The notes beneath the pieces are model-generated. The model did no database searches. It had not been told where the DNA came from and saw nothing but the letters and a program-made list of their open reading frames with translations. A program made the position numbers and the translations under genes. A stretch of DNA of 61,253 bases, the filler included, from Piptocephalis cylindrospora (taxonomy: Eukaryota): NCBI GenBank assembly GCA_003614145.1. It is 10 parts of 10 records of this genome, joined end to end, with 100 filler letters (N's around TTAATTAATTAA, not from the genome) between each part and the next. Parts side by side here need not be neighbours in the genome. Positions count along the whole stretch, not along the records: positions 12,362 to 18,421 come from KZ988324.1; positions 18,522 to 24,567 come from KZ988325.1; positions 24,668 to 30,707 come from KZ988326.1; 7 more parts are not named here. The stretch is one strand, 5' to 3'. The stretch's first letter is position 1; each line of letters begins with the position of its first letter. Positions 13,529-25,405 of the stretch are shown piece by piece.

Positions 13529-14479
13529 ATGCGATCATCACTTCATGTCCTTTACCTTTCACTTGCAAATCTCCTCATCACCCTGTCCATAACCCTCCCT
13601 TCCCCGGTCCAGACTGCCGGTACAGTCCTGGTCCGTCGGTCTGATGACGGCATGTGGCATCCAGAAAGGTATGGCGGGGGGGCTCCCAAGGTCAACAATC
13701 CCCCTTCCCCTGGTCCTGCACTGGCTGCCAGCACTATCCATCCCATCCCATCTCCCACGTTACTGGAAGCCACAGGCCTCATCCCATTTTCAGCCCCATT
13801 GGAAACCACCCATCCCATCCCGTCCTCGCTTCCCGTGGAACCAAAGGAGCCTCTCCGCACGATCAAAGAACCCGAGCCGCATGAATCACCCCTCATCTCC
13901 GCCGACAAGTTTAACAAGGCCATGACGGCCGCCAACTTCCCTGTCCCTTCCTCAGAACAACATGTGGCCTTTGTGGCATCGACCAAGAAAGCCAAGATCA
14001 CCAGTGCCCTGGAAGCCGCCATGTACCTGGCCCATCTGCTCTGGGAGTCGCATGGGCTTCAGGAGGTGGTGGAAAGAGCGTGTGTGAATAGCGCATGCCC
14101 CGGATCGTACATTTCAGACTTGGATGTCAAGGGGAAAAGATACTTTGGCCGAGGATACATCCAGCTCACATGGGCCAAGAACTATCTCGAGGCCAGTAAG
14201 GGCATCTACGAGGATGACCGACTACTGCAGCATCCAGAGATGGTCTCGGAGAATAGCACAGTGTCTTGGGAAACCGCCGCATGGTACTGGGGGGCCAAAG
14301 TGCATGATGCGGCAGCATCAGGCAATTTTGGTCGTACCACCGCCGAGATCAATGGTCCCCTCGAGTGCAGAGGAGGATGGTCTGGGGCTGAGGCGGCCCG
14401 GAGCCGCTTTCGCCTCTTTACCACCATTGCCCCTATCTTTGGTGCTCCAGGACCTTTTCTCGAAGCTGGATGCTACTAA
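13529..14479 (+). CDS. Secreted glycoside hydrolase family 19 chitinase with Pro/Thr-rich N-terminal linker (intronless)
   Basis: Signal peptide MRSSLHVLYLSLANLLITLSITL; GH19 motifs AMYLAHLLWES..L..V.E (catalytic Glu pair), YFGRGYIQLTWAKNY, LLQHPEMV, WETAAWYW, FGRTTAEINGPLEC. Confidence 0.92.
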   Translation: MRSSLHVLYLSLANLLITLSITLPSPVQTAGTVLVRRSDDGMWHPERYGGGAPKVNNPPSPGPALAASTIHPIPSPTLLEATGLIPFSAPLETTHPIPSSLPVEPKEPLRTIKEPEPHESPLISADKFNKAMTAANFPVPSSEQHVAFVASTKKAKITSALEAAMYLAHLLWESHGLQEVVERACVNSACPGSYISDLDVKGKRYFGRGYIQLTWAKNYLEASKGIYEDDRLLQHPEMVSENSTVSWETAAWYWGAKVHDAAASGNFGRTTAEINGPLECRGGWSGAEAARSRFRLFTTIAPIFGAPGPFLEAGCY

Positions 14480-14687
14480 TAGGATGTAGGGAGAAGGGAT
14501 AGACTGTGCTAGCCTAGGATTCATCCTTGCCTATATTAATAACATATTCTCCTTTGTGTACCGATCGACAAAGTCCACAGCACTCCAATGTCTATTTAAT
14601 ATTCACTCGTGCTCCTCTTGACCCTTGTCTCAGAGCGCTTTTCCATTACATTTCCTCTCTCTAGATGCAGGCTCATCCGATGTGGAT

Positions 14688-15808
14688 CTAGTTCAGCTGA
14701 CGCATGGCCCATTCAAAGCCGAGGAAGGTCACCGCATTTGCTGGGGCCGCCCGGAGCAAGCAAGGGGTTAACCCCTTCCAAAATCCGCGGAACCCAGATT
14801 GGGCCCAGATCTGTCGGGTGCAATCGATGGCCGAGGTAAACTGCCTATCCTTGGCGGTCCATCCATCGGTCTGCATCCGAGATTTGACCAGATCAATCGG
14901 GTACATGGAGATCCACATGGCGTATCCTGCGGCAGCGCCGTACGCACACACCTCCAGTGTCCCTAGATCCTCCCTGACCCGTCCAGACCTGGCACACTCC
15001 CGTTGAACAAGGCTTTCGTAAGCGGCAAAGTAGATGCCGTACCCCTGGAACTCGCGCAATGCCGTGACCCCCTGGGCCTTGTAGAGGCCGGGTAGGCCAT
15101 TTCTCTTGTATATTTTCTGGATAGCGTCCCATGGGCCCTGGTAAATGCGATTTTCATTGGACTGGATCTGCAGACCTAGGTAGGAGATGGAAAAGGGTGA
15201 GGAAGGGGTCAGGGGGGAGAGGGGGAGAGGGAGAGAGGGGGGGACAAGGCTGACTTACGGGTACGAATGTGCTCGACAGGGCCGGAGACAACGGAATTGG
15301 CCAGACCGGCCGTGGCGCCCGCAAGGAAAAGCTGTCCGCCGGAAAGGTCAGTGGAGACGGATCCCTGGGCCTGGTTACGCTGGGCCAACCGACGCTTCAT
15401 GCTCTCCAGGACGAGGAATTGGATGGAGACACACATGCCCACGCCGACGAGAGGTGTGGATGTTCCACGGTAAAAGGCGGTCCATCCATCTTGGGAAACG
15501 CCTCGGAAAGCAAGCAGCAGCGGGCTGCCCGAGGGAGCTGGAGATCCAGGAAGGCTGACAGGGACAGCAGTTTGCAATTTCTGGAGAAGAGAGCGAGAGC
15601 CCAGAGAAATGATGGGGATGATGAGTTTGGACTATGGAGAGAAAGCAGGGAAGGAAAGGGAAGGACTGACCACTTTCACCGTGTCAAATGGCTGACCGAC
15701 CAGGACTTGAAGGATACCTCCAACGGATCCGGCTGCGCAATCCTTGATGGCTCGCAATGATCCTTGGTCTTGGGGAAGAGTGGGGATGGAGGTCTGGTTG
15801 CTCGACAT
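14688..15808 (-). CDS. Mitochondrial carrier (SLC25), YMC1/carnitine-ornithine carrier-like (exons 15808-15671, 15580-15259, 15175-14688)
   Basis: Three carrier signature repeats: GQPFDTVKVKLQT, GPVEHIRTRLQ, YPIDLVKSRMQTD; GFWKGLTPCLLRAAPANAVTF. Confidence 0.9.
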
Positions 15809-16787
15809 GAGTTCTGAGGGGGAAAGGGGGAAAGAGAAGGAGGAATGTCTGGCGTGGGAGATACGCTTCCTGGGCGGCTTGAGCGCGGAGGTAAAAAGGG
15901 TTTTCAGATACGGTGACCCACGAAATGGGACAGTCCCGAGATTTTATTTCTTTCCCCACCCTTCCGGTCCAGTCGTTCTTCAATAAGGGTTGTGTGGGAC
16001 AAGATCATTGGTGCACACAGCCAGATATCGGATGTAAAAAGGGATTGCTAGGGCGGAGAAACTAGCAGGTAGTTTGACCAAATTTGTGCATTTTTGAGTA
16101 TTCTCATTCTGACTTCAGACCTCTGTGTCGACCTTTTTCGGTTGTGTCTAATATATACTAGCCTATTTTCTCTCTCACACACTGTGTCTGGGGCTGGGAG
16201 CACCACATACCAAACTGTGTGCAGGGTAGCATCGGGTCCATCTGCCTACACCGACAGGTGAAATTTTTCTGGTAAACCCTGCAAAGCAACATAGTTGGTA
16301 TGGGGGTCAGAAGGTAAATGAGTTTTCAGTGCCTGGGGCTGGGATGTAGAGGGAAGCGAGTGTCGTTATGGACAGCCCTGGTAAGTCTCAAGGTAGGACG
16401 AGGACTAATTTAGCCCACTTTATCTTGCTGAAAGCAGACATGGCAATGAAGAGGAGGATCTGAATGATATGGCAAGGCCGTTCAACCATTCATGCATCTG
16501 CACCCAGGATGTCAGAGGAGCGGTAGTAAAAGCCATTGAAATAGTACATTCTCGTGTGGGTATGGTCTCGTGGATGTTGTCCTAGAAGGACATGTCTCTG
16601 TCTTTCTCTTTGTCCTCCGTCTTTCTCCTTCTCTGCCTCTCATGATTTCATCTTAGAAGGAAAAAAGATCCAAAACGGACCTTTCCAATCGCTGGCCTAT
16701 TTCTATCCCACCTTAAAGGCTCTCAATCCTCCTATCCTTCACAACCTTCTCTCAGATCCACAAATAAGACCCGTGTGGATCAACGCA

Positions 16788-16790
<3 letters not shown>

Positions 16791-16824
<34 letters not shown>
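16791..16824 (+). repeat. (GT)17 microsatellite
   Basis: Direct reading of the sequence. Confidence 0.95.
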
Positions 16825-16825
<1 letters not shown>

Positions 16826-18421
16826 GCTTGGGGTAAGGGAATTGTCATCGTGCACACGCCATCCACTCTCAAAGGGGGAGGGGGGAATGGAAGAGGGGGT
16901 GCCCAACCCTCTTGGAGTGTGTAGCCCTTTCCACGCGCACACTCCGCCAAGCCACCGCCGAGTCCGATCAAGCTGCGTGATGACTCCGCCCTCCCATTCC
17001 CTTCCCTCTCCGGCGGTTCTGTCTAGCCCGAGGATCATGTGAAGTCCTGGGACCCTTCGTCAAGCTATGTGTGAGGATGACAAGGGAGGACGAGTGATGT
17101 GCGCATGGGTGAGTGTGAGTGTGTGTATCTATGTGCATTTGAGCAACGGCCTTGGACCCTACGGGTGGCGGCTATCTTGGCAAGGTTGGTCATCATCAAG
17201 ACTGGCGCTGAGTCAAAGAGATCTTAGATCAAGGAGAAGATGATGTCATGAGAAAAGATCCCGAGATGGTCCTTCACCGTGTGTCCTGTGTCTCTCCTCT
17301 TCCACCCCTCTCTCTCTTCTTCCACGGTAAGTCCTTGTCCCCTTCATGTGTCTGGATGTCGTTCTTCTCTGAGTGTACATGACCTCTCTCTACGGGGGTA
17401 AGTGGAAGGTCTACTTGCAAATCATGATCCTCCTGGATGAGCCCCTTTCCGTGGATGACTGGGGAAGGCTTGTTCACTCATCTGAACTGCCCATCCATCC
17501 ACTCGTTTGGGTGGTCCATTGCGCCACTCAGCCTCCAGTCTTTCTATCCGTTCACTCGACTCAATTGTTTATCCTTTCTAAACAATGAATTTACTTTATG
17601 GTGAATGAAAAAGACCAGAAAGAGTAGACCATATCATTGTTTCGACGACTCATCCCTTCCGCCCGAGTCTCGACACACTCATCGCATCTTTCAGCACCAT
17701 TTCCCTCCTAAAAAAGGTCATGCATCGAGCAAGTGATCAAAGAGCCTTGAACAAGATACCGCTTTCATCCAACTCCCCTTCCCCCACTCCCCCCTTCCCT
17801 TCATCCCTTCCTTGACCACCATGATCCTTATCTCCTCAACAAACCTGGGTCGCCTTCCCGATTCAGTTATTGTGAGTCGTCCTGCATGGGCGATGAAATA
17901 TCACCTAGTGTAAGGGAGTGACAGATGCTCAGAGAAAGCGCCTCTCATTTCCGATGGGGACAGGGTGGTCCAGGACCAGTGTGGGAACCGGGAAGTGCGA
18001 GGCTTTTCTCTCCCCTCTCTGACTAATTCACTCGCTCGCTCTCTCTATTCATCTTACCCTCCCTTCCCTGTTGCAGGATGTGAAAGACTGTGTCCGAATA
18101 TCCCTTTCCCCTTGATAGACATGCTCCATTCGGGAATTCCCTTACCAGGAGATCATGTTGTCTTTGTCTATAAGCAAGTGGACATGGCTTATCCTTTTCA
18201 AGTCTCCTTGCCAGAATCCGCGGTTGAACCATCCCCCGTTCCTCGCATTGTCACTCACTCTGTGCGCGTGGGTCTAGCATTCAGAGATGAATGAGTGCGT
18301 GGTAGTAAAGGAAGGTAAGCCGCACCTCCCTAGCGCTCACACTCCTCCCTAGTGCTCTCACTGTCATCTCAGCCGCCCTCTCCCCCCCCCGTCCCTGAGG
18401 ATGAGGAGGAGGAATGAGTCG

Positions 18422-18521
18422 NNNNNNNNNNNNNNNNNNNNNNNNNNNNNNNNNNNNNNNNNNNNTTAATTAATTAANNNNNNNNNNNNNNNNNNNNNNN
18501 NNNNNNNNNNNNNNNNNNNNN
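18422..18521. other. Artificial contig spacer
   Basis: N44-TTAATTAATTAA-N44. Confidence 0.99.
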
Positions 18522-19155
18522 GGGAAGAGGTGGTGGAGAAGAGGCCAAAGGTATGTGCAAAGAGGACTGGTCGGGAGGGACAGTGGAAGAGCGGGTGACA
18601 GAGAGTAAACAGTAAGTGGTGGAGGAGAGTGGGGGGGAGGGGTAAGGGTGATTGGTGTTGGGAAGGAAGGTAGAGGAAGGGTAGAGAAGGGTAGAGAAGA
18701 GTAGGGAGAAGAGAGAGCGGCGAGAAGCGGGGGTGGAGCGGAGCAGCGATGGAGAGAAGGGGAGTATTTATAGGTCATCCTGGGAGGATGGATGTGCATG
18801 AGAGAGGGCTCGGGATGATTGGGAATGGGATGGTTAGTGTGGTGTTGGTGTTAAGCTGGGGCTGATCCCGTGTGTGTGTGTGTATGTGTGTGCTGTCGCC
18901 ATCACCCAGACGGAGGGGAGGGGGGAAAGAGTGGGATGATGATGATGGGAGGGGGTGGGGGAAAGCACGCAGCTCACCTGGTTCAGCCTTACTCATCCTC
19001 ATCTATGGGACTGGGGAAGGAGGGGAGAGGGCCGAACAGCACACACTCTCCATGAGATCCAAGCTGTAGGGAAGCAGCGCTCCTTGAGAAAAAGGACCGA
19101 AGAAGGGGGGAAGGGAGGGATTGATGAGGCGTGCGTGGAGGGTGGGATCTCAAAG

Positions 19156-19157
<2 letters not shown>

Positions 19158-19188
<31 letters not shown>
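19158..19188 (+). repeat. (GA)15 microsatellite
   Basis: Direct reading of the sequence. Confidence 0.95.
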
Positions 19189-19190
<2 letters not shown>

Positions 19191-19307
19191 AGTTCAACTC
19201 CGGTACGACTTGATAAGCCTGACGACTCCGCTACGAGTTGATTGGTTTTTACGATGTGTGGCAGAACGGAATGGCGGTGCTAGCGGTGAGAGCAAGACAT
19301 GGGCGGC

Positions 19308-19400
19308 GTGTATGGTATGTGTGTGTGTGTGTGTGTGCCTGTCTGTATTTGCGCATGTGTGTGTGTCTGCGTATGTGTGTGTGTATGTGTGTCTCTGTGT
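19308..19400 (+). repeat. Imperfect (GT)n-rich tract
   Basis: Interrupted GT/GTAT runs. Confidence 0.8.
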
Positions 19401-20140
19401 ACATCCGTTTCCTTGCCAACGATGCACTATGAAGGATTTCGTGGATGTGGAAAGAGCGTATAATGGTGCAATAAAAAGAAAATCAATGATAAATGGACGG
19501 GGGAGCAGTTCTAATAATCACAACAAAAGAGCCACTTGTCTTCGATAAGGGAAATAAGGTGTCTAAAAGATGTTGAGTTCTTTAAGGACTCTTTGTGGCT
19601 CATCCCTATTGATCATGGACCCAGATTTACGGGTTCAGAGTTTCAAGGGGATCAGAAGAGGGAGGAAGGCTTTGTTCATCATGAGATCCAATCCTTCTCT
19701 CAGGAGCATGGATGGGCACTCGAGGTGGAATACAAGAGGATCGGCCTCGTTCATTGTCTATAGGGTAAAAAGGCCTGGCCTCAGGGAAAGGGCTCAAAAG
19801 GTTCCCTTGAAGAACAACGACGTGTCCATACCCACACAAGCTTCGAACAAGTACCCTTCTCAACTACTCACATTCTTTCCGGTTGCGAAGGCTGCAGGGG
19901 AAGACAAGGAAGGAGGAGAGGATGACGAGGAGGTTCTACTCTCCCATCTTAAAGACACGATGCTTGTTTGTTTCATCGCCTCATTCGGTATCTGAAAGCC
20001 ATAGCTATGGCTCTTTCGAGAAGTGATCTCATCCTTGCATCGAGTCAAGACCCATCAAGTAAAACCAACGCATTTTTTCCATTCATCTCCCTCCCCCCTC
20101 TCATCTTCTCCCATTTTAAATCCAACCGACTGATGACTGG

Positions 20141-20836
20141 CTATCCCACCGTGCGACGACCAGAGACCAAGTCGGTCAGATCCCTCTCAAGATCCCGGAC
20201 CTTGGCGGCCAACTCCAGATGTTCAGAGGACTGCATGGCCTGAAGAGACCTTAGCTCCGCACGCACCTTACCCACCTTTTCCACCGTGGCCACATGCTCC
20301 TTGAGCTCCCTGACCTCCCTATCCACACCCTCGATCCTACGGGCGTATTCACGGACCTAATGGAGAGTTGAGAGGGAGAAGGTGAAGGTGAAGGTGAGAA
20401 AAGGAGGGGGCGGGGCAGGGAGGAACACACAAGGTACATCCACTTACCTTGGCCGTGGACGATTGAAGTTCCTCCACAGAGGCTAACAGAGCACCTGAAG
20501 CAGACTGGTACTCGTCGAGAAGGTAGGCAAAGCCTGCTGCCCCGGCCGTGGTGGCTCCTAGGAGAAATCCGAGGATACTATGCACACACACACAAAGAGA
20601 GGGGGGGTGAGTTGATACAGCAAAGACCGGTGAAGGGGAGGGATCTTCTCCTTAGGTACTTACCCGCTACGGAAGGATCCAAAGGACTTTTTGCCCTTGG
20701 TGGCCTTAACGACGGGAGCCGTGGTGGCAGAGGTCAGGCCAGACCCGGTGGCAGGGGAGGTGGCAGTAACTGAAGCATACCGGACACCAGCACGAGTGGC
20801 CTTGACAGGAAGGGTTCTTAGGGGGGAGGACAGCAT
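20141..20836 (-). CDS. Conserved fungal-type small protein, probably mitochondrial single-pass membrane with coiled coil (exons 20836-20664, 20577-20448, 20356-20141)
   Basis: Arg/Ser/Thr-rich presequence-like N-terminus, TM segment FRSGILGFLLGATTAGAAGFAYLLDEY, then a heptad-rich tail; two canonical GTAAG...TAG introns join the exons in frame. Confidence 0.75.
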
Positions 20837-21171
20837 GATGGGGGGGGGGGAGGGACGATGAGAGGGGGGAAAGGAAGGGGGGGAAAATGAGCGGGCAAGG
20901 ATGTACGGAGAGGGCGCCAGGTTCTGGTCCTGCTTACTCCTCGGACGCCCTGGATTCCAGGGTGGGTGAGGAGTGAAAAAAGTACCAATCTCATATCGAA
21001 TTTTAAATAGCCGGTCGATTTTTGGCATGTGGGAAGCGGGCTTGAGCGGAAATCCATGTAGAGTAATAGGAATAGTATGGTTATCGAAAGACCCCGGGAC
21101 GGCAGTGATAGGAACCGTCGGTTACAGATACCATTCAAAAGGCAGGCCTCGTTTCCCAAGTCTCCAAGATC

Positions 21172-22164
21172 ATGTCCAACCCTACGAACACTCTCTTGGC
21201 CGGCGGGATGGCCGGACTGACCGTGGATGTCGTCCTTTTCCCCCTGGACACCATCAAAACGCGGCTACAGGCCCAGGGTGGATTTCGAAGGGCTGGGGGC
21301 TTCAAGGGCGTGTACTCTGGGCTAGCCTCCACCGCGACTGGGTCCATTCCCTCGGGTGAGTCCGTCAGAGCGGTTGGGGCCTTTGACTTGGTGAGGCGCT
21401 TTTCTTTTGCTTATTCCAGGTCTTGGACAAGCTGCCATCTTTTTCCTGGTGTATGAACAATTCCGGGGGGATAGTCTTTTTTCCCATATGCTGGCCTCGT
21501 CGTTGGCTGAAACGGTACGTGGAGGGGGTCCCTGACACAGGCCCGGTCATCCTTCTCATCTCAATGCTCCTCATCCATCCAGGCATCCTGTCTCATTCGT
21601 GTACCGACCGAGGTGGTCAAGCAAAGGGCGCAAACATCCACAGCATCGGTCAAGGACATTGCTTGGTCCATTGCTCAGACCCATGGAGTACAAGGGTTCT
21701 ACCGGGGCTTTTTCACCACACTACTTCGGGAGATTCCCTTTACCTGCGTCCAATTCTCCTTGTACGAGGCCCTCAAATCCCATTACGAGGTCACTTCCCC
21801 TCTTTCTGCAGCATGGTGTGGATCGGTGGCCGGGGTCATTGCTGCTGGTCTGACCACACCGCTGGACGTATTGAAGACCCGCTGGATCCTGCTTGAGGTA
21901 TGAGCATAGAAGGTGTATGTCTACCGTTGTTTCCCCAAGAACGCTCACCACTCCCCCCTCCTCCCCATACAGTCATCAGGCAAGAAGAGTCAAGTGACCT
22001 TTCGGGACATGGCTGCACGCATGATCCGTACCGAAGGCTGGTCCGTCCTGACCCATGGGATTTTCCCGAGGATGGCATGGATCGGTGCAGGTGGCTTTGT
22101 CTTTCTTGGCATGTACGAATGGGTCAAGTTGACGTTGGGAATGACGGATGGGGGATCTTATTGA
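21172..22164 (+). CDS. PET8: Mitochondrial S-adenosylmethionine carrier (exons 21172-21355, 21432-21514, 21583-21897, 21973-22164)
   Basis: [87 protein letters not shown] match SAM5/PET8/SLC25A26. Confidence 0.9.
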
Positions 22165-22328
22165 AAGAGAGGATACAATGAGGAGGGTTAGATGATGGTC
22201 TTGGCCATGAGATAGAATGGGGAGCTACATAGCGAGGATGGGATAGAATGGGATTACATGACGACGATGGGATAGAATAGGAATACAGGGTTTGACCGTG
22301 GTTCCACTGTCCTTTTCAATACATGATC

Positions 22329-23630
22329 TCATATCCCTCCCCCCTGCCAAGGATCACTTTGGTCCTCTAGAGCATAAAGGGCGTCATCCAAGATCTCCAT
22401 CACTTGGGCTTCCCCCTTGATGTCGAGATCCAACCGTCGTACAAGCTCCTTGCATCTCTTGAGACACAAGGAGGATGGGCCATAGGACCCGCGTGAACGG
22501 GAAAGGAGGGCTGAGAGGACTCGGAGTCGCGGTCGACTATGGCACTCTACGTACATGGCATGCTCGAGGAGATGGATAGAGGCCTTGCCCGAGAGGAGTA
22601 GGGTTTCGAGCAGGGGGATCCGATCATCCGGGATACCAGGGCCACAGAGATAAAACATGGCCGTGTCCACGCCATTGACCGTGACTCCCTCACCGGGACA
22701 GGGGATGCGGACAACAAGGGATTCCATGGCCTGGACAAGACTTGGGGTGGGCAGGGTCAGAGAGGGGAAGGACACGGCTCTTCGGGCTAGGATGGAGCAG
22801 GCGGTGTCCAGACCATGCAAGGGTGTGCATCTCCTTTCACAGAGAATCCTGTCCATCGAGACAGGGTCCATGGCCAGTGTAGCCGCGCAAAGTAGGGAAT
22901 CGTAGATCATGTGTCCTGCCTCGGACCCCTTCAATTCCGAGAGGATGAATTCCAAGGAGAGAGAGGGAGGGGCCGCGGACCCCTGTGGCCGGTCCAATAT
23001 AGCCCTCATGGAGGAGATTAGATCGAGGGAGAGAAAGTTGACGCGGAAGCTCCAAGGGTGGCGCATGACCCTCACCAATCCATCCATGTCCCCGGATAGG
23101 GCTAGTCGGGTGACTTGACGCTCGGCTCGGGCGGACATGGCCATGGAGGCCTGGACCCACACTGGGTTCTCTGCCCAGCCCTCCCCTTCCCCCGGGGGCG
23201 CCGAGCCGATGCCCACATTAGCCGATATGCCGGGATCGCCCCATCGAAAGGGAAATCGGTGCTGAAGCAGTGCGTACAGGAGGGCAGGGGAAGAGACACG
23301 GAGGGCTGCGACATATGGATTCCCCTGCCATTCCTGTTCGAGGTAGGCGTAGGCCTCGTAGGAGAAGCGTCGGTCCCTCAGGATGCCCAAGGCCTCCACC
23401 ACCTCCGGATCCTCGTCCCCTCCCCCGGAGCGTAGTCGTCTCAGACACAGCACCAGTCTCTCGACGAGATCCAGGTGCTTTTCAAGCTTGTACGGCGAGC
23501 ACGGGGTGAAGCTCGGGTGAAGCGCCTTACACGTCTTGGCCACAGCCAAGACATCCTGGGGATGATCCAAGTGAGGGAGAAGATAGTGAGTGTGGATATC
23601 GGTTGGGAGATGAAGAAAGGTAAGGGGCAT
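22329..23630 (-). CDS. F-box-like protein, 433 aa, intronless, helical C-terminal region of unknown family
   Basis: N-terminal FLHLPTDIHTHYLLPHLDHPQDVLAVAKTCKALH fits the F-box consensus (LP.EI...IL.YL...DL......CK). Confidence 0.7.
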   Translation of the reverse strand: MPLTFLHLPTDIHTHYLLPHLDHPQDVLAVAKTCKALHPSFTPCSPYKLEKHLDLVERLVLCLRRLRSGGGDEDPEVVEALGILRDRRFSYEAYAYLEQEWQGNPYVAALRVSSPALLYALLQHRFPFRWGDPGISANVGIGSAPPGEGEGWAENPVWVQASMAMSARAERQVTRLALSGDMDGLVRVMRHPWSFRVNFLSLDLISSMRAILDRPQGSAAPPSLSLEFILSELKGSEAGHMIYDSLLCAATLAMDPVSMDRILCERRCTPLHGLDTACSILARRAVSFPSLTLPTPSLVQAMESLVVRIPCPGEGVTVNGVDTAMFYLCGPGIPDDRIPLLETLLLSGKASIHLLEHAMYVECHSRPRLRVLSALLSRSRGSYGPSSLCLKRCKELVRRLDLDIKGEAQVMEILDDALYALEDQSDPWQGGGI

Positions 23631-23711
23631 TTCGGGCGGGTGTCTGGGGAGGGAGGTGGGAGAGAAGGGTGGAGGTCATTGAAGAGAGGTCTCGGGTCTA
23701 TCCGGTCTCTC

Positions 23712-23775
23712 TTGTTGTTATTGTTGTTGTTGCTGCTGTCCTTTCCTTTGTTATTGCTACTATTGCTGCTGTTGT
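23712..23775 (+). repeat. Imperfect TTG/CTG trinucleotide tract upstream of the F-box gene
   Basis: ttgttgtta ttgttgttgt tgctgctg... read directly. Confidence 0.7.
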
Positions 23776-24567
23776 CCTGCTGCTCACACTCAGACTGCAC
23801 ATGTGAGGGAGAGACAAGCGATGGGGTAGTACATGGCAGTCGTCCTAGCTATCTCTGTCGATGCCGAAGTCATCCTTCCTCCGGTCAAAGGTCTCATCTA
23901 TTTATAAACCATGGATCCAAACGGACACAGGCCTTTCCCATCATGCTCCCTTCGCCCCCTTTAGGGAGATGATCTTACCGTACAAACCATGTGTTATTCG
24001 GGGAGGAGCGTGTAAGCTATTCTTGGAGTGTGAGTGTGTGAGTGCATGATTGTGCACGCGTGTGTGTGTGTGTGTGTTGAGTCTCGAGCAGCATATAGAG
24101 ATATTTGCTCTCTTTTAGCTTGATTTTTTCGGACATGTGTCCGTCCAGCCCGACTTTCTCCTCTTTCTTATCATTTGCCATTGAACTCCTTCACAGTTCA
24201 TTTGCCACGGAGTCCCTTTACAACTCATTCCTCCTACTGAACCCTTCCATGTTACTAAAAAAATCCATCCGCCAACGTCAAATCCATCCGGAATGAGCTC
24301 ATCTTCCCCCATTCTCGAATATCCTCCTGGTAGAGTGATCATGTAGAACCAACCCATCATCCTGGCCAGCCCATGCCATGTACCAATCAATCGGCCCAAT
24401 CCTCCCCACACATCCCAACCTTAAGATATGAGCCTTGGCAGCACCGTCTCCTTCTCCCCTGTCTGCGCCAAGGAGGATGCGGATGAGACTTACCCCCCAA
24501 GAGCCTGGGGGCACCAATCGACTGTGGACAGGTCCCTTGCACATGCTGGCTTCCCGGCCCGGCCGCT

Positions 24568-24667
24568 NNNNNNNNNNNNNNNNNNNNNNNNNNNNNNNNN
24601 NNNNNNNNNNNTTAATTAATTAANNNNNNNNNNNNNNNNNNNNNNNNNNNNNNNNNNNNNNNNNNNN
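24568..24667. other. Artificial contig spacer
   Basis: N44-TTAATTAATTAA-N44. Confidence 0.99.
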
Positions 24668-25327
24668 GGATCCCAAAGCCAGATTCAAACGTTCTTTTAG
24701 CCGCCGCAATGTATCGGTGCTCCCGAAGGGTGATACGCAGGAAGGGCGAGGGCTTTCCCCCGTGGTAGCCCCAGATACTCGTCTTCCATTGAATCTCGAT
24801 CCTTGCCACTGCGCTTCTCTCCACGGACGGTTCAATGGCCCTGTCCAGAGCCTCTGAAAGGAGCTGGATGTGGGATTCGTCAAATCCCTCAGGGGCAGGG
24901 AGATAGAAATAAGGAAGAAATCCGTGAACATGACAAACAACACTGTGGCCATGCTCGGTCACGCCGTAAAGGCGCACGACAGGAGACCCCTGGTACCCAT
25001 CCATGTAGTCATCAATCTCAATTTGCTGGAAAACAATGGCAGTGTCCTTGGGGTTCAAAGAAGGCTGAGGAGATCGTGGCCAGGAATCCTCTCCCCCATG
25101 ATGCCCAGCTGATCAGGTGGGGTTGAGAAGTAAGTGATTGATCTAAATGGAGTGGATGAAGGAGGTAGAGACTTACTGTCACCAAATTCCATCTCCAGGG
25201 CGTGTTCAAATGAGGATGATCCTTGTTTGTCTTGACGGGAGAATGTGCCAGTGCCAGTGCGAGGCTTCTTGGTCTCGCTCTGACTACCTCCAGCCTTGCG
25301 CTTTTCCGCGGTCATTCCTCCATCCAT
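24668..25327 (-). CDS. POL3: DNA polymerase delta catalytic subunit, N-terminal part (exons 25327-25177, 25108-contig edge), inverted relative to the rest of the gene
   Basis: MDGGMTAEKRK...; WPRSPQPSLNPKDTAIVFQQIEID, VVRLYGVTEHGHSVVCHVHGFLPYFY and KTSIWGY match the Pol delta N-terminal domain. Confidence 0.9.
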
Positions 25328-25405
25328 GATATAAAGTAGTCGGGAACGGAACGAGGATTGAGATATTAGAGTTCTGATAAAAAGGGCAAAGGCTCCGATC
25401 AGATG

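Noticed and set aside
16000..18421. Several 60-160-aa ORFs and exon-like pieces
   Set aside because: No consistent spliced model or recognisable motif; some ORFs are driven by microsatellites.
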